A stretch of DNA of 28,105 nucleotides. Origin: a virus. Lineage: Duplodnaviria; Caudoviricetes. The notes under the pieces were generated by a model. That model worked only from the letters and a program-made list of their open reading frames with translations. It made no database searches and was not told where the DNA came from. This document shows positions 1-7,660 of the stretch, in pieces. Position 1 is the first letter of the stretch, and the number at the start of each line of letters is the position of its first letter. A program made the position numbers and the translations under genes. The stretch spans positions 1 to 28,105 of the IMG/VR virus record IMGVR_UViG_3300005805_000360; one strand, given 5' to 3'.

Positions 1-80
1 CCTGGCGCACCTGATATGTTTAAGACACAACCAACAATGCCAGATGTTAATGCTCCTGGCGCACCTGATATGTTTAAGAC
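1..80 (+). repeat. In-frame direct repeat, 54-bp period (PGAPDMFKT)
   Basis: CCTGGCGCACCTGATATGTTTAAGAC occurs identically at 1-26 and 55-80. Confidence 0.9.
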
Positions 81-705
81 TGATAAACAAACTCCTAAGG
101 GCGATGGTGCTTATGCAGATCAGAGTCAGGCCCGAGATCGTGCTAAACTTCAAGAAGGAATGTCGCGCAATCCGATAACCGGAGAAAAGTTAAAAGGAAC
201 AGGAACGCCAGCTTTACGTCAACGAGCTCGAGGTCAAGTCATAGCTAATGCAGGTCGAGAAAACAAAGCTGGATTTGAAAGAATACAATTTGGTGCTGGT
301 GGAGAAGATTATGGTGCGCGCAATCAAACCACGTACGGCGAAAAAACTATTGGTGGTATGAAAACGAGCGTTCCGATATATTACAATCCAGTAACTGATA
401 AATCATTTTCTCCGGAAGCAGTAATCAAATCTTCGGAACGCACACGTCCAGAAATGCTTCGTGGTAGAATGGAACAATTTGATAGACAACAAGCTACAGC
501 TGCTATACAAGCAGGAGAAAACTCACGCATACGTTCTTCTGTGAAACCCTTACAGCCAGTCGTCATGAACAATTCTTCTTCAACGAACAACGGCTCGACC
601 GCAGGATCAGAAGCTGATAATATGTCTGGACAAAATTTTCCTATGAACGCAAATAATCCTAATCTACAGAAGATTATAGCTCAACAGAACGTTCATTATC
701 AATAA
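1..705 (+). CDS. 3' part of a low-complexity protein, possibly virion/baseplate-associated; ORF is open past the left edge of the window
   Basis: Frame 1 is open from base 1 (PGAPDMFKT...) to TAA at 703-705. It has an 18-aa repeat and an N/S-rich C-terminus (PVVMNNSSSTNN), and converges on the gp32 terminator. Confidence 0.6.
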   Translation, partial: PGAPDMFKTQPTMPDVNAPGAPDMFKTDKQTPKGDGAYADQSQARDRAKLQEGMSRNPITGEKLKGTGTPALRQRARGQVIANAGRENKAGFERIQFGAGGEDYGARNQTTYGEKTIGGMKTSVPIYYNPVTDKSFSPEAVIKSSERTRPEMLRGRMEQFDRQQATAAIQAGENSRIRSSVKPLQPVVMNNSSSTNNGSTAGSEADNMSGQNFPMNANNPNLQKIIAQQNVHYQ

Positions 706-728
706 AAAAAGGGGAGCCGAAGCTCCCC
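704..728 (-). terminator. Intrinsic terminator with C(UUCG)G tetraloop ending the gp32 transcript
   Basis: Minus strand reads GGGGAGC-TTCG-GCTCCCC-TTTTTTT; CUUCGG hairpins are typical of T4-like terminators. Confidence 0.9.
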
Positions 729-763
729 AGTTAAATCACAGGTGAAAGGAATAATTCCTGTGA

Positions 764-1672
764 CTATTCGTCATCCTCAGCGAGCTTATTGAAAAACTCG
801 AGATCGTCATCATCCGACTTAATAGTCTTCGGAGCAGAAGCCGTCTTACCAACTGAAGGCGATGCAGCTGGACGAGAAGTCCTCTCGAACGGCATATCAT
901 CGGTTTCATCATTACGACGCGGAGAAGAAGCTTCCGAAAGAACCTTATCGAGCTTGCGCTTCAGTTCATCATAGCTCTTGAACTTATCAGGGGCAACCAT
1001 TTCAGACAACGAGTACTGTGTCTTCCACAGAGCTTCCATGTTGTCGTCATCATCAGACAGCGGAGCCGGATCTTCGAACTCTGACTTGTCGTAGTTGCGA
1101 TAACCCTCAACCTTACGAATCTTGAGCTTGAAGTTAGCACCAGCCCAAAGATCGAATGGATTAGTTGGAGTTTCATCCTCGAACTGAGGATTCATCTTCT
1201 CGTTGATCTTATCGAAGATCTTCTTACCAAACTTATAGAGGAATACCTTACCCTCGTTCTCAGGATGAGCAGGATCCTTAACGATATAGATATTGGCGAT
1301 GTAAGTCAAACGACGCTTGCGCTGACGAACAATATCCTTATCCTTATCATTACCTGAGTTCCACAGCTTGGTGTTCATTTCTGAAACTGGATCAGGCTGA
1401 TTAAGAGTCGTCAGTGAGTTTTCGATATACCATCCACCTGGACCTTGGAATCCATGATTCCACAGACGAACCCAGGGCAGTTCTTCATTCTGCGGTGCAG
1501 GAAGGAAGCGAATGACAGCATAGCCGTTACCAGCCTTATCAACTTCGGGCTGCCAGAAACGATCATCTGCTGACGAAGATCCTTCCTTATTAGCGAGCTT
1601 GTTGATTTCTTTAGTAAGGCGCTCGAGCGAAGAAGTGCGTTGACGCTTGAGAGCTGAGAAAGATTCGTTCAT
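764..1672 (-). CDS. gp32: T4-like single-stranded DNA-binding protein gp32
   Basis: DDRFW, GNGYAVIRFLPAP, GGWYIENSLTTL, EGKVFLYKFGKKIFDKI, NPFDLWAGANFKLKIRKV motifs and an acidic C-terminal tail. Confidence 0.97.
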   Translation of the reverse strand: MNESFSALKRQRTSSLERLTKEINKLANKEGSSSADDRFWQPEVDKAGNGYAVIRFLPAPQNEELPWVRLWNHGFQGPGGWYIENSLTTLNQPDPVSEMNTKLWNSGNDKDKDIVRQRKRRLTYIANIYIVKDPAHPENEGKVFLYKFGKKIFDKINEKMNPQFEDETPTNPFDLWAGANFKLKIRKVEGYRNYDKSEFEDPAPLSDDDDNMEALWKTQYSLSEMVAPDKFKSYDELKRKLDKVLSEASSPRRNDETDDMPFERTSRPAASPSVGKTASAPKTIKSDDDDLEFFNKLAEDDE

Positions 1673-1722
1673 TTGTATGTCTCCGTTGTATGTGTTGTAT
1701 GGTAGATATTCGTCTTATCCAC
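1673..1722 (-). promoter_or_regulatory. gp32 leader: hairpin followed by three CATACAA repeats around the RBS (candidate autogenous translational operator)
   Basis: GTGGATA/TATCTAC stem (1702-1722); CATACAA at 1695-1701, 1686-1692 and 1673-1679; GGAG RBS lies between the repeats. Confidence 0.5.
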
Positions 1723-1729
1723 AGTAATC

Positions 1730-1758
1730 ATAATATATCTTATATAGCTCGATGTCAA
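1730..1758 (-). promoter_or_regulatory. Sigma70-type promoter for gp32
   Basis: TTGACA(1758-1753)-17 nt-TATTAT(1735-1730); the -35 box contains the gp59 TGA stop. Confidence 0.75.
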
Positions 1759-2351
1759 GACGAAAATACATCTCGCATAACTTTTTTTATCGCAGACTTT
1801 TCGATATGCACGAAGGGGCGATACTTGTTTAATTGGCGATACATCTCTGGCCAGATAATTGTGTCATCTATTTCATTGTTCCATTTGTTGAGAACATCAA
1901 ACGCAATATCAAAAGCGATAACAGTTTCAGCTGTGATCTTACTAGCCATATAGAACTTCAGTAGGATGGGATGAGTATCTTCTACTAGCAAGATGCGAGA
2001 TGCACTATTGTTACAGTTATCCATTATCTTTTCGAGATCATCTTTTAAGAAATATGAAAATGACTCGATACGCTTACACCATGCTAGATAAACCTTTTCG
2101 GATTCTGGACCAGACATTTCACCGATCCAGCGAACACCAGCTTGGGATACGAAGTTAGCAACGAAGAAGTTAGTTAACTCGTCGTCATTATATTTGCGTT
2201 CTAACTTACGGAATAGAAACTGATCGCGACGTTTGAGGAATGATTCTTCACTGATCTTGCGAATCTTACCACCATACTTCACGAAGTCATAGTCGCTTGT
2301 GAAATGCAGTTTCAGAGCTTGATATCGCTGATATGCTTTCATTCCTTCCAT
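1755..2351 (-). CDS. gp59: T4-like helicase loader gp59
   Basis: AYQRYQALKLHFTSDYDFVKYGGK, SFLKRRDQFLFRKL, FFVANF motifs; gp33-gp59-gp32 gene order. Confidence 0.92.
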   Translation of the reverse strand: MEGMKAYQRYQALKLHFTSDYDFVKYGGKIRKISEESFLKRRDQFLFRKLERKYNDDELTNFFVANFVSQAGVRWIGEMSGPESEKVYLAWCKRIESFSYFLKDDLEKIMDNCNNSASRILLVEDTHPILLKFYMASKITAETVIAFDIAFDVLNKWNNEIDDTIIWPEMYRQLNKYRPFVHIEKSAIKKVMRDVFSS

Positions 2352-2593
2352 CAGATTGGCAATCGCGATCCAGTACGTTTCATGAGATTAAGGGAAGTCG
2401 CTTCAGCGGAAAGCAGCTTGCGCATTGTAGGAGTCATGAGCTTTGACACGCTTTCGAATTCGAGCCCAGTCTTTTCACACACATCTGTAATAGCTTCTAG
2501 ATAGCTCATTCGCTTTTCGGAAATACGAAATTCTACCATGCTGCAGAATGTGTTTGTACTCAATATGCTTGCTACTTGCTGAGATTCATTCAC
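2351..2593 (-). CDS. gp33: Late-promoter transcription coactivator gp33
   Basis: SYLEAITDVCEKTGLEFESVSKLMTPTMRKLLSAEATSLNL matches the gp33 pattern; synteny with gp59 and gp32. Confidence 0.88.
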   Translation of the reverse strand: MNESQQVASILSTNTFCSMVEFRISEKRMSYLEAITDVCEKTGLEFESVSKLMTPTMRKLLSAEATSLNLMKRTGSRLPI

Positions 2594-3003
2594 TTATCAT
2601 ATCCTTCGTATGGAGTTTGCGGACGACGAGTTTCTTCAAGCGCACCGAGAATCCCAGTTGCTCCGCCGTGATCTTTACGAACGATATCTTCAGATAATGC
2701 TTCTGGATAATATAGTTCTAATGCGACGCAATCTTGGATGCAAACAAATTTATGAAATTCGCCAGGACGAACAGTAGTAAAGTCACCTGCTCTGAGAACA
2801 GTGATGTCGGTGAGCTTGTAATTACTTTTTGATACATGAATTTCCAACACTCCGCTGATGACATAGAATCCGTTCCACTTATGTTCATGCTTATGCTCCG
2901 AGCAACGATAGCCAGCCTTGATGTTAATCTTATGCAGTTCGACCAAGCTGTTCTGAATAAGAACGCTCGTGTCTCCCCAAACTTTTCCTACGATATTAGC
3001 CAC
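2590..3003 (-). CDS. Cupin-domain protein (sugar isomerase-like)
   Basis: GKVWG start and cupin motifs SEHKHEHKWNGFYVISG and GDFTTVRPGEFHKF. Confidence 0.75.
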   Translation of the reverse strand: MANIVGKVWGDTSVLIQNSLVELHKINIKAGYRCSEHKHEHKWNGFYVISGVLEIHVSKSNYKLTDITVLRAGDFTTVRPGEFHKFVCIQDCVALELYYPEALSEDIVRKDHGGATGILGALEETRRPQTPYEGYDK

Positions 3004-3823
3004 GATTCAAACTCCGCTTTGAGATATAATCCAACTCAACTATATCATATAGTAGTTTCTCGAAGTTGTCAAGACGAATCATATTTGGACCATCACTAGG
3101 CGCATTGTCTGGATCATCATGAACTTCCATGAACAATGCAGCAACACCAACAGCAACAGCAGCGCGAGCCATGGTAGAAACATACTGTCGTTGTCCGCCA
3201 GAACTTGTGCCATTACCACCAGGAAGCTGAACAGCATGAGTACAATCCATAACGACTGGATAGTTCATCTGCTTCATAATCTCAAGTGATCTCATATCAA
3301 CGACTAGATTGTTATATCCAAACGTGGTGCCTCGTTCAGTGACCATGATCTTATTGCAGCCGAACTTCTCGAGCTTCTTTACTACATTGGTCATTTCTTG
3401 AGGCGAAAGGAATTGTCCTTTCTTTACGTTGACCGGTCGTCCGCTTTCAGCAGCAGCTTGAAGGAGATCAGTCTGTCGGCAGAGGAACGCAGGGATCTGA
3501 ATGATATCAGCATTAACTGCATCACATTGCCAGGATTCGTGAACGTCCGTGAGTACTTGGATACCCCGACCACGGACGGCCTCCATTCCGTAAAACGCCT
3601 CGTCGAAGCCGCTACCTCTGTAACTATCTGCGGAACTTCGATTCGCTTTATCGAAAGAGGTCTTATAGATGAAGTTGATTTCACTATCAAACTTTTGTCC
3701 GACAGTAGTACATGCTTCTTTCAGAGCAAGCGCCATTTCAACCGCATGTGCTGGATCTTCAAAGATACAAGGTCCAGCAATTATGCTTAGAGGTTTATCA
3801 TTTCCACAGTTATCATAGAACAT
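2996..3823 (-). CDS. kdsA: 3-deoxy-D-manno-octulosonate 8-phosphate (KDO8P) synthase
   Basis: IIAGPC, KTSFDKANRSS, LTDVHE, QIPAFLCRQTDLL, NVKKGQFL, ERGTTFGYNNLVVD, DCTHAVQLPG, SDGPN motifs. Start placed at the ATG at 3823, just after the upstream stop. Confidence 0.95.
   Translation of the reverse strand: MFYDNCGNDKPLSIIAGPCIFEDPAHAVEMALALKEACTTVGQKFDSEINFIYKTSFDKANRSSADSYRGSGFDEAFYGMEAVRGRGIQVLTDVHESWQCDAVNADIIQIPAFLCRQTDLLQAAAESGRPVNVKKGQFLSPQEMTNVVKKLEKFGCNKIMVTERGTTFGYNNLVVDMRSLEIMKQMNYPVVMDCTHAVQLPGGNGTSSGGQRQYVSTMARAAVAVGVAALFMEVHDDPDNAPSDGPNMIRLDNFEKLLYDIVELDYISKRSLNRG
3044..3072 (-). promoter_or_regulatory. Sigma70-type promoter inside the kdsA 3' end, upstream of cupin-gp33-gp59
   Basis: TTGACA(3072-3067)-17 nt-TATGAT(3049-3044). 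Confidence 0.6.
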
Positions 3824-3825
3824 GT

Positions 3826-4437
3826 TTAATCCCACAAATTTTGATAGTATTTACCAAACAAGCGCAAACCATTAGTCATGCGATCCTGAACTACTTTACG
3901 ACCTTCCCAATCAACCTTACCTTCAGAAGCTTCTACCTGCAACGTGTGGAACGCATCATCCCAATCAGTATTGATTGTTTCGAACGTCCAGATCATTTCA
4001 TCGAGAACCCAATCCCAACGATCAAAATGAAATTCGTCTGTATCCCATTCTTCTGTTTTAGGTTTAGCAGAGGTGGAGCGAATATGCTCAGGAACATCCT
4101 CGTCAGTTATATATGGCGCACCATGCTTTGTTGCTTTGAGCTGCACAAGCATAGGATGAATGATATAAGCGAGAGTAGAGTCCATAGACCATGTGTCGTA
4201 AGGATCGATACGAATCTTTACTTTCCGCTTCTTACGCTCGTGGATCCAATTACAGAACTTCCCGACGCATGTACCGCTGAGCCACTTACCAAACTTATCG
4301 CACGCTCTATAATCCCAACGATTATATATCGCAGGATCGTCAGAAGAAATGCCTCGACGATCAACCCAAAAGAAGATTTTGTCTGCGATCTGATATGGTC
4401 CGATCCAGTTTGTGTAAGGACCAATGCGAACTTTCAT
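3826..4437 (-). CDS. Hypothetical Trp-rich phage protein
   Basis: Likely start MKVRIG at 4437 with a GGAG RBS; the longer ORF-track start runs into the tRNA. Confidence 0.75.
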   Translation of the reverse strand: MKVRIGPYTNWIGPYQIADKIFFWVDRRGISSDDPAIYNRWDYRACDKFGKWLSGTCVGKFCNWIHERKKRKVKIRIDPYDTWSMDSTLAYIIHPMLVQLKATKHGAPYITDEDVPEHIRSTSAKPKTEEWDTDEFHFDRWDWVLDEMIWTFETINTDWDDAFHTLQVEASEGKVDWEGRKVVQDRMTNGLRLFGKYYQNLWD

Positions 4438-4452
4438 AACAAACTCCAAGAG

Positions 4453-4526
4453 TGGTTCGGGAACTAGGATTCGAATCCAGATTCGCAGATTCAAAGTCCG
4501 CTGTTCTGCCTTTGAACTATTCCCGA
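4453..4526 (-). tRNA. tRNA-Gln (anticodon UUG) with encoded CCA
   Basis: Acceptor TCGGGAA/TTCCCGA, D stem GTTC/GAAC, anticodon stem GCGGA/TCTGC with loop CT-TTG-AA, T loop TTCGAAT, then A-CCA. Confidence 0.9.
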
Positions 4527-4530
4527 ATGA

Positions 4531-4788
4531 TCATAAATTTTCAGAAGTTCTCACTTGATTTTCAGTTAGAAACTCTTGCGAAATTTTCGCTGGCGTTTCG
4601 TCAACGAACGCCATAAGCTTCTTAGCTTTAGCAATAACTTCTTCGTCGGTTGGATACGGAGTATGCGCACGAAGCTTAGGTTTCGCTTCGCGTTCTATTT
4701 CTTGAGCGACCATATGTTCGTGATCGCACATACTTACAGCCATCCGAAGAACTGATAGTCGAATATTTTTATCACTTTCGCTGGTCAT
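4531..4788 (-). CDS. Hypothetical protein between tmRNA and tRNA
   Basis: 85-aa ORF with an AAGGA RBS; IRLSVLRMA...YPTDEEVIAKAKKLMAFV. Confidence 0.7.
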   Translation of the reverse strand: MTSESDKNIRLSVLRMAVSMCDHEHMVAQEIEREAKPKLRAHTPYPTDEEVIAKAKKLMAFVDETPAKISQEFLTENQVRTSENL

Positions 4789-4809
4789 GATATATCCTTT
4801 GTGAATTAA

Positions 4810-5145
4810 GTGGTGAGTTTATTCTGTTTCCAAGGAAACTCACCGAAAACTCATTCAGACTAAGCCGCTAGGCGAACCTGAGATGCAACATTATCGTTGG
4901 CTGCATTTAGTTTTTTGCTTTGGTCTCCTCAAGCCTTTATCACGCCTGTCGATCCTAGTTTCGTCCCCAGCATAATAGACCAAGCATGGTTTATGGAATA
5001 ATTGTTGATACATATGTATCTTATACAATCCTGTTGAAACTTCCAAAGCGAATACGATTCATCCATGTCTTATCTCTATTATGGTGGAGACGGCGGGTAC
5101 TGCCCCCGCGTCCAGAACGCTTATTTCGTTTGTCTCAACGACCTT
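4810..5145 (-). ncRNA. ssrA: Circularly permuted two-piece tmRNA (alphaproteobacterial type); outer ends approximate
   Basis: The acceptor piece ends GCGGG-GGCAGTA-CCCGC-CGTCTCC-A-CCA (3' end 5082) upstream of a coding piece starting GGGGACG (4968). The two strands form a 7-bp stem with G3.U70. The tag ORF 4901-4860 reads ANDNVASQVRLAA-stop. Terminal stem GGTGAGTTT/AAACTCACC. Confidence 0.93.
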
Positions 5146-5155
5146 AGCATAGTAT

Positions 5156-5184
5156 ATATTAACTGGCTTTGCTCTGTTTGTCAA
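5156..5184 (-). promoter_or_regulatory. Candidate promoter for the tmRNA
   Basis: TTGACA(5184-5179)-17 nt-TAATAT within an AT-rich TAATATATACT stretch, directly upstream of the acceptor piece. Confidence 0.55.
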
Positions 5185-5860
5185 GAACAATACTTCTCCG
5201 CCATTCATATTGATCACGAATTCGTATAAGCGGACGCACATAGTCGTTACGATCGCCTTCGAACACTTCTATCTCGCCTTCATCTGAAACCATGATGATG
5301 GCAAACTTCCGAGTCAATATGCCAGTATGCTCTTCGAACATAATCGAGTATGCAGTAGCCTGTATGAAGTAATCCTGGATCATGTCAGCCTTTTTGATTT
5401 GTCTGGCTGTCTTGAAGTCGATTACTGTAGGCTCGCCTTTCCATTCACAGATAAGATCTGCTGTGCCTGCGACGCGAAGAATGTCTGAGAACATAGGGGA
5501 TTCTGACGAATATATCAATCCTAGATGCTCGTCGATCAAAGGCTTCACTAGCTTGAATCGAGCATATTGATCTGGCATCGTATTCTGTGGAGTGACTTCA
5601 TCACCCAACACATACTTCTCCATAACAGCATGCAGAGCAGTTCCGCGCCTAGCAGCCTGAGAACTAATCTTATTAGCCTCCGCTTCTCCCACGCGAGCGC
5701 GCCACTCGGCGATCATCTTTTTCTTTTCAGGCTGATCGCCAAGCAATGTTGTTATGGATGGATAGACGTTACCATCTGGGGTCTGATATCTTCTCCCAGA
5801 TGGTGTATTGATTTGTTTCGCACGCGGCAAGTCAATGTGAGGATCATGATTAAATTTCAT
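5159..5860 (-). CDS. PD-(D/E)XK (Cas4/RecB-like) exonuclease of T4-like phages
   Basis: RRYQTPDGNVYPSITTLL, EWRARVGEAEANKIS, RGTALH, AGTADLI, IDFKT, YFIQATAY motifs; adjacent to phoH. Confidence 0.88.
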   Translation of the reverse strand: MKFNHDPHIDLPRAKQINTPSGRRYQTPDGNVYPSITTLLGDQPEKKKMIAEWRARVGEAEANKISSQAARRGTALHAVMEKYVLGDEVTPQNTMPDQYARFKLVKPLIDEHLGLIYSSESPMFSDILRVAGTADLICEWKGEPTVIDFKTARQIKKADMIQDYFIQATAYSIMFEEHTGILTRKFAIIMVSDEGEIEVFEGDRNDYVRPLIRIRDQYEWRRSIVLDKQSKAS

Positions 5861-5871
5861 ACTATTATATA

Positions 5872-6654
5872 TTACACGACTAGGCCGCGCTCCTCGAGAT
5901 CTGCTCTTGTTATGATATAATCTTTAACGAATCCAGAGCGTACTACATCATTCTTGTCAAACTTCACGATCTCAAATGACTTCATTCGTTCTGCAATCTT
6001 AAGAAGATTACCCATACCACTACCTTCGCGAGTATAGTCTTTCTGATTAAAATCACCACAGAAGATAACACGACATCCTTCGCCAACGCGAGTCATTACC
6101 GTATGGATTTCATGATCCGATAGATTCTGACACTCGTCAATGATAATGATGTTATCACGGAACGTGGTACCACGCAGGAACGATGTTGTATCAAAGTGAA
6201 TATATCCATTCTGCTTCATCGTCTCGTATGATTTATCACAGAGCTCTAAAATGATACCTTGATATGGGCCTTCGTATGCAGCAGCTTTATCTTTTGCTGA
6301 GCCTGGTAAAAATCCCATATCTCTAGTAGGCACAACGCTGCGCAGGATCATGATGGGTCTTGGTCCATCACCATTAAGCATAGCGTTCAGAGCAAGATAC
6401 ATTGCTAAGAATGTCTTACCTGTTCCGGCACAACCGTGAAGAATGAGATTTTTATCATTATCGAATGCTTCAACGACTAATCGCTGAGCAGCAGTTTTAG
6501 GGACTACGCGACGAAGAATAGGAACAGCAGGTTGTCGATAACCTGTGGACTTTATCTTCTTTTTTGTTTTTCGTTCTTTTCTTGTCAAATACTTACTGGC
6601 TTCAGCTTCAAGGAATTGTTCGTCGATGATTGCAGCTACCGATTGAGGTATCAT
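5872..6654 (-). CDS. phoH: PhoH-family ATPase
   Basis: Walker A GCAGTGKT, RDMGFLPG, FLRGTTF, IIDECQN, TRVGEGCRVIFCGD, DVVRSGFVK. Confidence 0.95.
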   Translation of the reverse strand: MIPQSVAAIIDEQFLEAEASKYLTRKERKTKKKIKSTGYRQPAVPILRRVVPKTAAQRLVVEAFDNDKNLILHGCAGTGKTFLAMYLALNAMLNGDGPRPIMILRSVVPTRDMGFLPGSAKDKAAAYEGPYQGIILELCDKSYETMKQNGYIHFDTTSFLRGTTFRDNIIIIDECQNLSDHEIHTVMTRVGEGCRVIFCGDFNQKDYTREGSGMGNLLKIAERMKSFEIVKFDKNDVVRSGFVKDYIITRADLEERGLVV

Positions 6655-6729
6655 GTCTGCTCCGCTGTGTTATAATTGTTATAGGGAACATAACGAAATG
6701 TGAACGATTTACTGGTCGCGTGGTCCTCC

Positions 6730-6963
6730 TTAGAATGTGTTGACTGTGCTGCGGGGATGGCGTTTCTTAATCGTCTTAAGAATGTCGCGGAAGCCCGAGT
6801 CCGGCTTATTTTTGCCAGACGAAACGCCGCTAACGATAAGGGGTGCACCAATTTCTTGACGAATGTGTGTATTTTCCTCCAGATAGGTTTCCATCTGGGA
6901 GATTGTCATGAACTCATCAAAGACTTCGTCGGTCTTTGTGTTGACGAAAGTGTACCTTGGCAT
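6730..6963 (-). CDS. Small FmdB-like protein (lacks the Zn cysteines)
   Basis: MPRYTF...DEVFDEFM start resembles the FmdB MPxYxY pattern; KPDSGFRDILKTIKKRHP C-terminus; lies directly upstream of phoH. Confidence 0.6.
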   Translation of the reverse strand: MPRYTFVNTKTDEVFDEFMTISQMETYLEENTHIRQEIGAPLIVSGVSSGKNKPDSGFRDILKTIKKRHPRSTVNTF

Positions 6964-6968
6964 ACGAC

Positions 6969-7646
6969 TTATTTAGCTTCCTGTTGAAATACGTCTGAGA
7001 GCGATGGAAATACTTTTACGATTTCTTCCCAAGCTGCGAGCGCGAGCTCGCGATGCTCTTTCTGAGTAGAAATATCCATACGAACCTGACAGTAATGAAT
7101 CCAACTACGAAGCGAACCCTTCATATACATACGTGACATTGTAAGACCTTCAGGAAGAACAGCACGAGCCTGTTCCTTAGCGATACCATTTTGAATCGCC
7201 CATACATATGCAATTCTAGCCTCATCTAGAACTGTAGTCTGATATTCTTCCCACTCATTCTGAAGAGATTCGTCGTCGGTCTCGACGCTATTCTGACGAT
7301 TCTTCGTATCCTGTAGGCGAGCTTCACGAATAGAGAAACCCATATCCTTGGTAGGATCTGCGTAACGCTGACTAAACTCCTGAAAACTGAATGATCGATG
7401 ACGAAGAACTTGGCGCCCAATATCACGAGTGGTATTGATTTCCATCACTACGTCAACCATCTCAAACGGCGACCAATGATTATGCTTCACGAGATAACGA
7501 AGGAGCTTTGGAGCAGATTCGCTATTCATCTGATTAGATGGATTACTTACACGAGCAACATAAGCGATGAACTCATCAGCGGTCATGTTACCATCTTTAG
7601 TATTAATCCACGATTCAGTAACCGCAACAATTTCAGCAGTGTTCAT
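6969..7646 (-). CDS. thyX: Flavin-dependent thymidylate synthase
   Basis: ARVSNP, HWSPFEM, RQVLRHRSFSFQEFSQRY signature, EQARAVLP, RSWIHY, TQKEHR. Confidence 0.97.
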   Translation of the reverse strand: MNTAEIVAVTESWINTKDGNMTADEFIAYVARVSNPSNQMNSESAPKLLRYLVKHNHWSPFEMVDVVMEINTTRDIGRQVLRHRSFSFQEFSQRYADPTKDMGFSIREARLQDTKNRQNSVETDDESLQNEWEEYQTTVLDEARIAYVWAIQNGIAKEQARAVLPEGLTMSRMYMKGSLRSWIHYCQVRMDISTQKEHRELALAAWEEIVKVFPSLSDVFQQEAK

Positions 7647-7660
7647 AATAAATCAGTTCC

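Noticed and set aside
3712-4467. 251-aa plus-strand ORF
   Set aside because: Antisense shadow of minus-strand genes, with no recognisable motifs.
4438-4494. N-terminal extension of ORF 3826..4494
   Set aside because: It runs through the tRNA-Gln; the ATG at 4437 has a GGAG RBS.
5059-5241. 60-aa minus-strand ORF
   Set aside because: It overlaps the exonuclease 3' end, a candidate promoter and the tmRNA acceptor piece; the RNA explains the sequence.
5159-5860. Cas4/CRISPR system
   Set aside because: No repeat-spacer array or other cas genes were seen; the nuclease lacks the Cas4 cysteine cluster and sits in its usual position beside phoH.
6583-6588. TTGACA inside phoH as a promoter
   Set aside because: There is no -10-like hexamer at 16-18 nt spacing; the same applies to the TTGACA near 5955-5960.
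6660-6690. Possible Pho box upstream of phoH (TGTTATA direct repeat)
   Set aside because: The repeat spacing is 9 nt rather than 11, and the match to CTGTCAT is poor.
6969-7646. Intron or intein in thyX or other core genes
   Set aside because: thyX, gp32, rnh and phoH are continuous and of normal length, and no homing endonuclease motifs were seen.
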